Source: Chiloscyllium plagiosum (Eukaryota). Taken from it: DNA of 64,000 bases. Position numbers and translations under genes: made by a program. The stretch is from contig NC_057711.1 of NCBI RefSeq assembly GCF_004010195.1, positions 70,663,018-70,727,017 on the forward strand, given 5' to 3'. Each line of letters opens with the position of its first letter. Position 1 is the first letter of the stretch. This document shows positions 52,545 to 64,000 of the stretch, one piece after another. Below the pieces are notes generated by a model, which made no database searches, was not told where the DNA came from, and worked only from the letters and a program-made list of their open reading frames with translations.

Positions 52545-52697
52545 CTGGACCATAGGGCTGCTCTCTCATTAAGGGCACCACGACTAAGGTGAAGGGAAAG
52601 TTGAGGATGAGACTCCTTCATGGTGACCTCAGCCAGTTCAGGAATTGAATCTATACTGTTGGCATCACTCTGCACCATAAGTCAGCTGTCCAGCCAG
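52545..52697 (-). mobile_element. tRNA-derived SINE fragment
   Basis: Homologous to 47490-47680. Confidence 0.65.
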
Positions 52698-53624
52698 GTA
52701 CACATGTCAAAATGGTTATCAGAAGTATATCTATGTTTATGATGTATATTCCATCTAAAACTGGTCACATTTTAGAGATTGATTTAAATGGAACTGCAGG
52801 TAATTCTCTTCCTGTAGAAGTATTCATTATACGTGAACAAAATAACTGTTCTGACAAATTGTGACCCTAAAACTCCATGCCAGATTTCAGTTGTAAATCT
52901 GCTAGAATTGTAACAAACCTGGCTTGGACCTGGATTCTACTTGGAGATATTCAGCTGCAGTGATATATCTCCATGAACCCAGTGGCATTGGAATCACTTT
53001 GTCGCTCTAGCTTAGACTTCTGAAGAGGAAGATTTCTACATTTTATTGCAATATTTAACAGCCTTCCTTATTTCAAATGATATAGTTATTTCTGACAGAG
53101 TGAGAAATGTGAGCTGTCACATTCCAGGCTTCAATGTTTTCAATATCTGTGTGACTGATTTTTAAATTCCCTCTTGGTCTAAAATTGATTTTGTAGATTA
53201 ATCATATACTGTATAGTAATTCTTGAACATCTATTTCCTTGTGGTTGTGAAGCTAAATGATTAGGAAAATATGGAAAAATGTCAGAACATTTGTGCTTTT
53301 AATAGAGCGGTAAAGGAGTTTAATTATTTCCTTTCTTTTGATAATGAGGAGAATTCAGCAATGAGAAGCAAAGATGTGGTCAACACAGAGATTGTTAGCC
53401 TATTTTTCAGCTTGTATTGCCCATCAGTGGGATCCTTCGTCAGAATTGCACATTTCTTACCTTGGGACTTCTAAGTGCTCCCGTCTCAAAATATGCAGAG
53501 ATCTCTTATCTGCATTATCTCATGCCAGTACCTGTGAAGCTCTGCCTTTCAAAGGAAGCTACCACTGAATTTCATTATATACTGCAAAATAATTCACACA
53601 ATTGCACCCATGTATATATTTAGA

Positions 53625-53968
53625 GGGAGACGGTGGCCTAGTGATAATGTAGCTGGACTGTTAATCCAGAGAGCTAGATAATATTCTAGGGACCCAGGTG
53701 TGAATCCCACCACAGTAGATGGTGGAATTTGAATTCAGTAAATATCTGGGATTAAGAGTCTAATGATGACCATGAATTCTTTCTTAATTGTCAGGAAAAC
53801 CTGATTAATGTCCTTTAGGGAAGGAAACTGCCAACCTTCCTTGGTCTGGCCGACATGTGATGTCAGACCCACAGCAAGGTGATTGACTCTTAACTTCCCT
53901 CTGGGTAATTAGGGATGGGCATAAATGCTGCTTGGTCATTGACGTCCTCATCCCGTGAATGAATTTTT
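53625..53968 (+). mobile_element. DeuSINE/SacSINE1-like tRNA-derived SINE
   Basis: tRNA-like head (GGTGGCCTAGTG...GGTGTGAATCCC), a Deu-domain-like core (taatgtcctttagggaaggaaactgcc...cccacagcaa...gactcttaac) and a LINE-derived tail. Confidence 0.75.
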
Positions 53969-54174
53969 TTTAAAAAATCATACTCTTAATTCTGACAAAG
54001 CGAGTCATGATTCCACGCAAGCAATTTTACTGATATCACAAAGAACAGCCCCAACTCTGTAATTTACCAAGTACGATATTCAAAATATCAAAGAAATTCT
54101 AGATTAGCCCCATGTGCCACTGTTGCAGCTGCCTAAACATCTGTGATACAAATTAAATCTGAATTTAATATGTA

Positions 54175-56042
54175 CCTTATAGTTTTGCTGTTTGTTAGGA
54201 TAGAGTCCTTTTAGGTTCATCGGTTACTGTTTCAGTGTCTTGGTAAGTTTGTGGGCACCCATGATGCCAAAGGGTCGGAGTAGTCTGGTAGTCATCTCCA
54301 AGATGTCTTTGATGTATGGTGGTGTGGTTAGAGTCTCTGGGCGTGGTGTATCTACTTATTTGGGTTTGTTGTTTAAGAATCAGCAGACTGTTTATCGGGT
54401 ACCCGTTGTTCTTGAATACGCTGTATAGGTATTTTTCTTCTGCCGCTCATAGTTCCTGGATACTGCAGTGTGTTATGGCCTGTTTTAATAATGTCCTGAT
54501 GCAGCTCAGTTTGTGGTTGTTGGGATGATTGCTCCTGCAGTTGAATATCTGGCCTGTGTGTGTTGCTTTCCTATAGATGCTGGTCTGCAGTTCTACCTTA
54601 ACTGTTTGTTCTACTGTGACATCTAGGAAGGGGAGTCTGTTGTTCTCCTCCTCCTCTTCTGTGAACTTTATGCCAGTAAATTTATGATGTTGTAAGCTTC
54701 CTCTAATTTTGTTCTATTTTGTGATGACAAAGGTGTCATTCCCGTAGCGGACCCAAAGTTTGGGTTGGATTGTGGGGATGGCTGTTCTTTTGAGTCCCTG
54801 CATTACTGCTTCTGCTAAGAAGCCTGGTATTGATGATTCCATGGGTGTTCCGTTGGTTTGTTTGTAGGTCTGGTCATTGAAGGTGAAGTGGTTAGTGAGG
54901 CACAGGTCTACAAGCTTGAGGATGTTGTCCTTGCTGATTAAGTTGGTGCTGTCTAGTGTTTGTGTCATTGGTGCCTCTAGTAGCGCAGTTAATGTATCTT
55001 TGGCCAGGCTGATGTTAAATGATGTGAATAGGGCTGTTATGTCAAAGAAGACCATTATTTTGTTCTCTTCTATTTTGGTTTCTTTTATGTTCAGAAATTC
55101 TTGGGTAGAGTGGCATGAGTCTTCTTCTAGGTATTTCAGTTTTCTGTGGAGTTCCTTTGCTCGTCTACATGTCAATGTGCCAGGGAGTGAGAGTATGGGT
55201 CTGAGGAGGCCCCTAGTTTGTGTACCTTAGGTAATCCAAAAAAGCGAGATATGTTGGATCCATCTGGTTTCATTTTTTTGGAGATCTGTCTTATTACTTT
55301 CACCTGATTTATGAAGCTTCTTCAATTCAGCTGTTATACGGCTTTCTAGCTGTGGAGTTGGGTCTGTCGCCACCTGTTGGTAAGTGTTGGTATCTGCGAG
55401 CAGTGAGTTCGCCTTTTCAATGTACTGTGTTCTGTTTTGGGAGACAATCATGCGCCCTTTGTCTGCAGGTAGGATTACATTGTTTCTGTCATTTCTGAGC
55501 CCTTGTAGGGCTTTCCTTCCTTATGTATTGAGGGTGTACCCTTCCTTTTTCCTGCTTAATAACTGTCTGTCTGATGGTCTGCTGAGTTTCTTCTGTGAGC
55601 CATTGTCTTTCAGGGTTGATTCTAATGCAGCTAAGAAGTTCTTTTTGTCCACATCTCTGTAGTTGTGGTTCATTCCTCTTACTCAGATGGCTTTTTCCAT
55701 GTCTGTTAGTGATCAGTCTGATCGGTTCTTACTCCAAACTTCTGAGTTATCTATGTTGTTCTTTTGTGTGAGTTTGTCCAGTTTTTCTTGTAGGGATAGT
55801 TTTTTCTTTTTCTGCGTCTGCTGTTGTTTGATGCTGATGGCTCATTCTACTGTGCTTGTCCATTCATGGTCTGAGAAAAAGAACCCGAAATTGTATCATC
55901 CACCTTAATAGACCAAGGCAGATAAATATAAAGCAGGACAGAACATCAGCGCATCACTAGAGGCTCACTGATGATGTTACTTAGCATGGTGATGAAACGT
56001 CTGAAAACAAACCTTCCAGTTCAGCGAGCAAACTTACAACCT
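54175..56042 (-). mobile_element. PLE (fourth family), RT region, with an inverted hammerhead-bearing terminal repeat at about 55890-56042
   Basis: ORF 54714-55175 gives MVFFDITALFTS, FTFNDQTYKQTNGTPM and WVRYGNDTFVI. Upstream ILPADKG and DPTP motifs are present. Confidence 0.88.
55965..56004 (+). ncRNA. Minimal type I hammerhead ribozyme motif (PLE-associated)
   Basis: TCA-CTGATGA-T-GTTAC-ttagcatg-GTGAT-GAAA-CGTC-TGA. Confidence 0.68.
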
Positions 56043-56389
56043 GTCTAACTATAGAAAATGTCATTTACTGGCTTTCAGTTGAATGCGTACATGTGAACAC
56101 CTGATACAAATATGAACAGGCTCGACTTGTGGTTGATCAACCTTAGAGCTATTTTCACCATGTAAAACATGGTGACTTGGTTGCAATGGCGTGTGGAACC
56201 TCATTAGACTACACTTGTATCTTCATGAATGGAATGAGATAAAGTGATCAATTTGCAAGGTGAACAGCGTTCCCTTTCGTTTTAACATTGGTTCTCGAGT
56301 TCACAGTGAAAGTTGTTTTCTCCCACACTTATTTCTGTGGAGGTTTAGTGTTTTAGAAAAATGCAGATCAACATTAAAGATGGAAAAAA

Positions 56390-57270
56390 TGGATGAGTAT
56401 AGATATATCAAATAGTTAGATGAAGTATTGTATATAGTTCTGGGCATCACACTTCAGAAAGGTTGCAAATGTATTGGAGAGAGTACAAAAGAGGATTACA
56501 AGAATAATTCCAAAAATGAAAAATTGTTAAGTTATGATAGTAGATTGGAGAAGTTGGGATTGTTTGCCTTGAAGAGAAGAAAGCTATGCCCTGATTTGCT
56601 GAAACTTTTCAAAATCATGTGAGGTCTGAACAAGAGTAGGTTAGATTACATTACAGTGTGGAAACAGGCCCTTTGGCCCAACAAGTCCACACCGACCCGC
56701 CGAAGTGCAACCCACCCATATCCCTACATTTACCCCTTACCTAACACCACGGGCAATTTAGCATGGCGAATTCACCTGACCTGCCTGTGGGAGGAAACCG
56801 GAGCACCCGGAGGAAACCCACGCAGACACGGGGAGGACGTGCAAACTCCACACAGTCAGTCGCCTGAGGCTGGAATTGAACCCGGGTCTCTGGCGCTGTG
56901 AGGCAGCAGTGCTAACCACTCTGCCACCGTGCCGCCCACAAAAGTAGGTGGGGAGAAACAAGTCCCACTTGTTAAAGTTTCAAGGACCGAGATTTACACA
57001 TGATTTACAAAAGAAACTAATGTGAGGGGACATTTTCACACAGCGAATAGCTACTGACTGTAATGTGTTACCTACAAGTCTGGTGGAGGCAGCTTCAATT
57101 GAAGCATTTAAGAGTGAAGTAAGTGACTGTTTGAACAGAAACAATATGCAGGGTTATGGTAAAGGCAGGAGAACGACTTTAAGTCATAATGTTCATTTGG
57201 CGAGACAGTGCAAACACGATGGGTTCAAAGGCTTCCTGTACCATCTGCGATTTTATCATTGCAAGTGTCC
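56390..57270 (+). mobile_element. Old CR1 3' fragment, interrupted by a SINE
   Basis: RLEKLGLFALKRRKL...FKIM motif. Confidence 0.75.
56641..56938 (-). mobile_element. HE1-like V-SINE
   Basis: Homologous to 4995-5315. aagagtagg/aaaagtagg flank it as a probable TSD. Confidence 0.9.
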
Positions 57271-57916
57271 ACAGTGATCAGTTGGCTTACTTTTATTGTT
57301 GACTTTTTAAAAAAATAAATAGTACCTCAATTACTACTCGTAGTGTTTGGAAGATGCACTTACACTCTTGCTGTTGAATAAATGTCACTGTTATTTCATA
57401 TTTAGCTTTATTCTAATGCTGACCTGTTGTTTTGGAATTTCCTCCCTATACTTCTCCACTTCTATTTCACTTTCCTTGCTTAAGCCACTTCTTAAAACCT
57501 ATCTCTTGATCAAATCTTTGGTCATCTGACTTAATGTCTCCTCACATAGTACAGTGTCATCCTTTGTTTTGTAAATCCCTTATAAAATCCCTTGGGATGT
57601 TATATTATATTGAAGGTGTTAAATAAGTTGCTATTTCGCCTTATTGAATTAAGAGGTGTAAGTTATTCAGAATAGAAGTTGAATTTGACTTTGTATGCCC
57701 ATGCACTATGTTGCACACAGACAACCCTCAATGTCATCAGCAGAACTAGGTAAGCTGTTTGAGCAATTGGCTATTAATTGACATCTGTGGTCCTGTGAAA
57801 GAAGGGAATGTTGCTCAGACTTCCCATTTGTCATTGCTAATAGGTATTATTTGATGATACTCTATCTTGGTGGATATCCAGTCATCTAAGACCAAGATCA
57901 GATATGGCTGTGATGT

Positions 57917-58238
57917 TTAGATTAGATTAGATTCCCTACAGTGTGGAAACAGGCCCTTTGGCCTAACGAGTCTGCACCAACCCTCCGAAGGGCAACCCAC
58001 CAAGACCCATTTCCCTCTGACTAATGCACCTAACACTATGGGCAATATAGCACAGCCAATTCACTTGACTTGCACATCTTTGTACTGTGGGAGGAAACCG
58101 GAGAACCCAGAGGAAACCCATGCAGACTCTGGGAGAATGTGCAAACTCCACAAAGCCAGTCATCCAAGGCGAGAATCGAACCTGGGACCCTAGCACTGTG
58201 AAGCAGCAGTGCTAACCACTGATCCACCATGCCGCCCT
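57917..58238 (-). mobile_element. HE1-like V-SINE
   Basis: Homologous to 4995-5315, with a (TAGAT)n tail. Confidence 0.88.
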
Positions 58239-58984
58239 GCGGGGTTCTACATCACAAATTGTACATCACAAATGGGAAAAATAGATGAGGAATAAGAAGG
58301 TTACACAAGATTATTGAGGAAAATTGACAAATTTATTCTTGATTATGTAGAAAAATTCAAATGTTCGAATACAGAGTACGGAAATAAGAAGGGTCTTCAT
58401 GTGAATCTTCCATAGAATAGGCATTAACAATGTTTGCAGGAAAGGCTAATCAAATTGAAAATTGATTGTTGCTCCCACTGAAGTCGCTATCCAATGATAA
58501 CTACTTGAGTGCACCTAAGACTAGAACTGACAATGGCCTCTTCCCTTTATATGAAAATAGTTAAAACTCTCTAACATTGGCATTTGTTTGGATGAACTAA
58601 TCAGGAGGATTACAAACAGCTATCCATGCAAGGTTTGAAAAATTCAAACCTAAGCCATTCAACAAGATCATGGCTGATCTTCTGACTTTTCCTGCAGTAT
58701 GTCCATATTCCTTGATATCTTTAATATTTCAGAAATCTGTTGACCTTTGCCTTGAAATACTCAGTAACTAGCGTAGAGAATTCCAAAGACTGTCATCTTC
58801 TGAGTCAAGAAATTCCTTCACAGCCCAAATGGATTGTTTCTACTGAGACCATGCCCCTTGGATCTTCACCCAAGTCAGGGGGAAACATTCTTCCTGCATC
58901 TTCCCTGTCGAACCCTATTAGATAATCGCCTGATCATAGAGAGCACCTCTTATTCTTCTGAACTTGAGATTATAGACCTAGTCT

Positions 58985-59085
58985 TCTGTATGAAGGGCTT
59001 CTGCCCGAAACGTTGACTTCGAAGCTCCTTGGATGCTGCCTGAACTGCTGTGCTCTTCCAGCACCACTAATCCATAACCAGAGTT
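58985..59085 (+). mobile_element. Short PLE-terminus fragment
   Basis: Reverse complement of 13040-13135. Confidence 0.8.
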
Positions 59086-61471
59086 TAGATACATTTGTTC
59101 CAAACTGTGTGTATCAATGATGGAAACTTCATTGAGATCACTTTTACTACTTTCACTTGTGGTACAGTGAAATTGTGATGAGTTCAAATTGGGATAACCT
59201 GAAACTCCAGTTGTGAAGTTGTCAGCCATTTTCACTAGCTCCATGGGTAATCCAGTGATAAACAGAAGTTCTGGACTGGAAACTCCACATTAACTGCATG
59301 TCATGCCTGCAGCAACCAATTGAAGCTGAGTTAGAACGCAAAAGCACAGACAAGCCGCAGTGATAGTGACAAAAAAGATCACACTCACACCTTAAACCAG
59401 TATACACCAAGAGAACATTTATAATGTGGATGATACCACAGACTGTATTTGACTGGATTGTTCATTGGTTTTTATTTCATCTTTAAATGCTGATTGTAGA
59501 CAGCAAAACAAGTGATGTGTCACTGCTATGGTCTTCACCAAGGTAGATATCACCAACAAGTTGCTGCTTCTTGCATTAGGAATGTTCGGGAAGTCACATT
59601 GCTTTATGAATATCAAGGCACTATGAAGCTAACAATTACACCAAGATCACGTCTAGTATTTTTGAGGCATGGATCAGTAAAGTGGACAAAATGTATCAAC
59701 AGAAGAAAAGGAAGATCATCACCGATTACCCTGAAGGTCCTGATGTTTGGCCACCCATTCAGTTGCCTGTTTTAGCCAAAATCACAAAGATCATTGATAT
59801 ACATCAGTACTTCACATTGCATTATGAAAAGGTGATAAACATATTTGACTCCATTGAGGACTTGTCTGACTTGCCCAAAAACAGATGCTATGCAGAAAAA
59901 CTATCATATTTACAGAGCCAACTCCCAACATTTTCCAATGTATTTTGCTGTAAACATTGTAAAATATGAACTTTTTTTTTTCGAGAGCTACTTTTCAGGC
60001 ATTTACTGCACCACTTTATTCCTTTTTCCTTTTGACACAGAGCATGTTTTTAGGCAAATAGGGTTACATTGATGCTTCTTAACAATCTCAAAGCATTGCT
60101 TAATACAAATTTGCAGGTGGGCTCCCTATAATTCAATTTATCATAATTTTACTGTGTTTATGTGGCTAGTGCAGTAAAATTTCTAGTCAATGACAAACTT
60201 GGATGTAATAGTATGTGTTTGAGTGACGATAATGCCAACAAAAGTCAAGGAGAAATGGTTAGAATCTCAAGACTTACTCTTGTTCCTGTGTAGGCATGCT
60301 TTCATTCAAATTAATTTTCTTGGAACACGAGGACAGAAACTACTCAATTTTATGTCAAATTCCCCGTTTTGTAACAATTCTAAATTTTGAATAAAACAAC
60401 AGTCTATTCTACATAATTTATTTCTCCCATTCTAATAAGTTATTTATCAACTTTGGTTCTGTATGCCATGTGTTCTGCAGAGACCAACCCATTGCATACT
60501 GTGCCACAATGACTGTAAGACTATCTTTTAGATAAAGAACTACCTAACTGCATTGCACTAATGCCATGGAAAGTATTCTAGGGATAGATAAATGTGTCAT
60601 AGAGGCCCAATTATGATCCTAATATTTATGCCTTTGCATAATTTTCCAAATCCACTTATCTTAGGTGCATATTTTAGGTTGTTTCTCTTTATTTGGAGCA
60701 ATTTTCTTTTGGTTTTATTAAAAAAATGTTCTGTCTGTCTCATCCCTTCTCTTAGCCATTATTTCTCCACTTTTATCCTCTCCCACCCTTTCATCAATGC
60801 TCTTTCTGTTTCACTTTTGCTTCCCTTGCTTTAACTCCCCATCAAACACTTACATATTTCTTGGTCACTCTCAATCCCTTTGTTCTACCCTCTTGCCTTT
60901 CTTGGCCTTTTTGTTCCATTCTCTGCTGCCTTGATATTTGTTGGAATTAAATTTTGTGAGTTATGATGTGTCGACTTCCATATTTTGCTCAAATAATTCT
61001 GTAGTTCTGATTTGCTCCCTGTTTTTGATCTGCCACCACTAATTTGGTGTTATCTGCAAACTTGACCAATTTGTATTATACGTCTTAATGCAGACAGTTA
61101 CTAACCAGAAACAGTAATGGTCCCAGCATCACCTCTAACTTAGTATTTCTCCTTCACCCTATATAAATTTTTCTGAGAATTATCTCTTCCCTGTTGTAAA
61201 ACCTTTCCTAATCTCTTTGTTCTACTCCAGCTCACTCCTTCCTTCTGCTTTTACCTTCAGTCACTTTTGCTTGCTCTTATTCTTGCCTTTCCTCAATTTC
61301 ACATTCTCGTAATTTCTTATCCGCCCCCACTTCATCCTTTTGTTGACATTACTTATGCCAGCACCCTCCCCTCTGCCTATAACACCTTTCTATCTCACAA
61401 TGTTTTGATTTGTTTAATGACCTTGATCTTTTTCTTTCTATCCCTTTGTCAGTGAATTAAGTGCTGTTTTG

Positions 61472-61548
61472 TCTCTCTCTCTCCCTCTCTCTCACACACT
61501 CTCTCTCTGTCTCTTTCTGTCGCTCTCTCTCTGTCTCACACACACACA

Positions 61549-61596
<48 letters not shown>
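61472..61596. repeat. Compound (CT)n/(CA)n microsatellite
   Basis: Directly visible. Confidence 0.95.
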
Positions 61597-61599
<3 letters not shown>

Positions 61600-61873
61600 G
61601 CTGGCTCAAGACTGAATATTTGAGGAACTATTCCTTGTTCCGTTCATCTCTTGGTTGCTGTCTCTCAATTTGTGTTGTAACCAAAAATGTATATAATCAA
61701 ATATAAAATGAATTCTTTGATCTAAGAATCTAACTTCTTAAAATATGTGTATATATCGTAATCTACTTTTTATTTTTGATCAAATTGTAGTCATCGTTAG
61801 ATTATTTAGAATTCTGTTCTGTTCGGTTCCCTAATATTATTTTTATTTTTATTTTCCTTTCAAACAATCACAG

Positions 61874-61928
61874 GTGCTGCTGTTTCTTCAAGCGGAGAAA
61901 AAGGAAAACTATTCAACGTCACAAATGA
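61874..61928 (+). CDS. CSNK1G3: CK1 gamma 3 last coding exon (K)CCCFFKRRKRKTIQRHK*
   Basis: Characteristic CK1-gamma C-terminus with the CCC palmitoylation motif. Acceptor cacag, TGA at 61926-61928. Confidence 0.97.
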
Positions 61929-64000
61929 CTCTGGAAATCATCTGATCATGGAGAGTTACTTACTTGTTCATCTGCTGTCTCATCATAACCAAGAAACAAA
62001 TCATCTCTACAGTGACAACAGACTTTTATCAAAGGACTTTTTCCTTCTGTTTTTGCCCAGTGATTCGGGTGGTTGTCCTATGTGGGTATTTTGTTTTTAT
62101 TTCATCAGTCTTCATCTTGAAACTAGGCTTCATCAGAAATTTGGTGTTCATATTTTTGAGGTTGAAAGAGGGACCTCTTGTCAGGGTAATGTATGAAACA
62201 AAAAAAACAGTTCACTTGACTTCAACCAAATCAAGCTGCAATTTAAGAAAAAAAGGAAGGATTGATTTGGTCCCAACGTGTGGAAGGCAGGAATGTTCTA
62301 TGTGCTTGGTGATAACTACAGAACAGTTACAAGTCAAGAATGAATTTTGTCTACACAGGAGCTGCTTTGAATAGATCTGTAGGAAATGCATAGTCAGGTA
62401 TTTGGTCTGCCAACTGGAGGACTCAAGACATTATTATTACTGTCCTAACAAATGGAGAAACCTGAGAAAACAAACCACAAAAATATCAGAATTGTACATT
62501 AACCCTTCATTTGTCTTAGTTGAAGACATCTGCACAGAATTTTCAGTATTAAATTTTATGCTATCTTTATCTGTCTTTTTGGAAGTCACTGTCTAGAGAT
62601 ACTGTGGAAGGAGTGGATTGATTCAGCGGGTGGTATTTCATGGCTGTTGCACTATTACAGTATATACAACATGAGACAGCTGTAGACGTTCATGTGTACA
62701 AACAATACTTGCTTTATTTACCTCCTAAAGGAGAAGCAGTGTAGTAGAAAGGGCAGCATGTGCTTATTGTCTGATATTATGACATGTTTGTAAAATGTAA
62801 ACTGTGCTTCCTGGTGTATTGTTTGGACAGATTAATGCTGAATGTTCTGAGAGTTATTATAAATGAAGGAGGTAAGAGAGCATTCTGATCATGCCTTGAA
62901 GTGTAGTGTGTGTTAAGACATGGAGTAAAGCTGTGATGATGAATGATGAGAGGCGCATCTTGGAGAAATTAATTAAGCCTAAATGGATTTTAGGCAAGCC
63001 TTGGCTAATTTTAATGCATCCTGTACAACCAGGGAACTTCGATGCTGTATATTTAATCCATAAAGTAGCTCTTTGATGGAAAGTTAAAATAAGAATGTGA
63101 AAGAAATTGGTCAGATAATATTGCCTTTTGCATTTAATAGCTGTGGCACCCAAACTGTGCAGTTGTATGTGAAACATTCCTTTCTTATTGTAATCACAGC
63201 TGTTCAAAGACGTTATGCTGGAGATGGGTCAGGTACTTTCCCAATAAACCCTTGAAGTGCCTGCATTTTGAACAAACCAGCTGTTCTATAAAACATCTCA
63301 TTCCGTTTTCCATCCTCTGATCAACAGTTTGTTTCCACAGACGTTTAAATACAATGTTGTGCAGTGTTTATCAACTGTTTTATACACTGTTTTTAGTTTC
63401 AATCTTGCGCTGAGTATTCTTAATTTTTTTTGAACAGCAATGTCAAGTTCTGGATTATGTCTGATGCAATGTATTAATTTACGATAATATGTTGCATGCA
63501 AACTTCTTAGCGTTTGTGTTAGAAAGACTGGAATACAAGGCAGAATATTTTAACATGAAACTGCAATCATAATGGCAGGGAACCACTTCTATGTCTGCAG
63601 TATTTGACCAAATCTTTTTTTCTTTAATAACATAATGTGTGTAAATAAGTACAGTATTATTTCTGTACCTCCATAAATTTGAACATCACTTTCAATTTAT
63701 TTTAATTGGTAGTTTTATTTTTGCCTGTACAGTGTGTACAACATGAAGTTGTCACAAATAGCAAAGAAAGTGTGTTGTATATTAATGTAATTATGGACTG
63801 TAATCTTTACAAATGAATCAGCCACCCTTCGTTGTCTGCAGCGAAGACCAGTGCATTTACACAAGCTTATTGGCGAGATTTCTAGTGCTGCATTTTATGC
63901 CTGGGAAGAAGTTTCTTTCTGCTGATACAGGCTGGTCTTGGTTATAAATCCAGCTGTGTTCAGTTTAGGCCAACAACTTTACGCAGTCACCGCTTTTCTG
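61929..64000 (+). other. CSNK1G3: CSNK1G3 3' UTR; true end undetermined
   Basis: AU-rich sequence after the stop codon with no recognisable TEs. AATAAA at 63243-63248 and TGTAAATA at 63640-63647. Confidence 0.7.

Noticed and set aside
61948..63501. ORFs downstream of the CSNK1G3 stop
   Set aside because: No recognisable domains or splice structure. They are consistent with random ORFs in an AU-rich UTR.

Overview
This is eukaryotic, repeat-rich genomic DNA, most likely from a cartilaginous fish. That inference rests on HE1/V-SINE-like and SacSINE/DeuSINE-like SINEs plus abundant CR1 and Penelope elements. The window holds the 3' half of a casein kinase 1 gamma 3 gene (CSNK1G3) on the + strand. 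Eight coding exons can be read with splice sites: 7162-7247, 7348-7432, 18601-18749, 20621-20719, 34437-34532, 47813-47919, 50348-50371 and 61874-61928. A 3' UTR follows. The gene shows a GC-AG intron, a NAGNAG acceptor, a 96-nt cassette exon flanked by Rbfox motifs, a 24-nt microexon next to the CCC palmitoylation motif, and a candidate unannotated 36-nt stop-containing exon. The introns are filled with decayed CR1, RTE and Gypsy elements, SINEs, and several Penelope-like element (PLE) families. The most striking non-genic signal is about 19 intact or decayed minimal hammerhead-ribozyme motifs (CUGANGA-stem-GAAA) on both strands. They are carried by PLE termini, many as short head-to-head palindromes with ~14-bp target-site duplications. 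One palindrome also carries an inverted copy of its flanking host DNA. Most listed ORFs are spurious or TE remnants. There is one assembly gap at 13686-13919. TE boundaries are approximate and family names come from motif recognition, not database searches.
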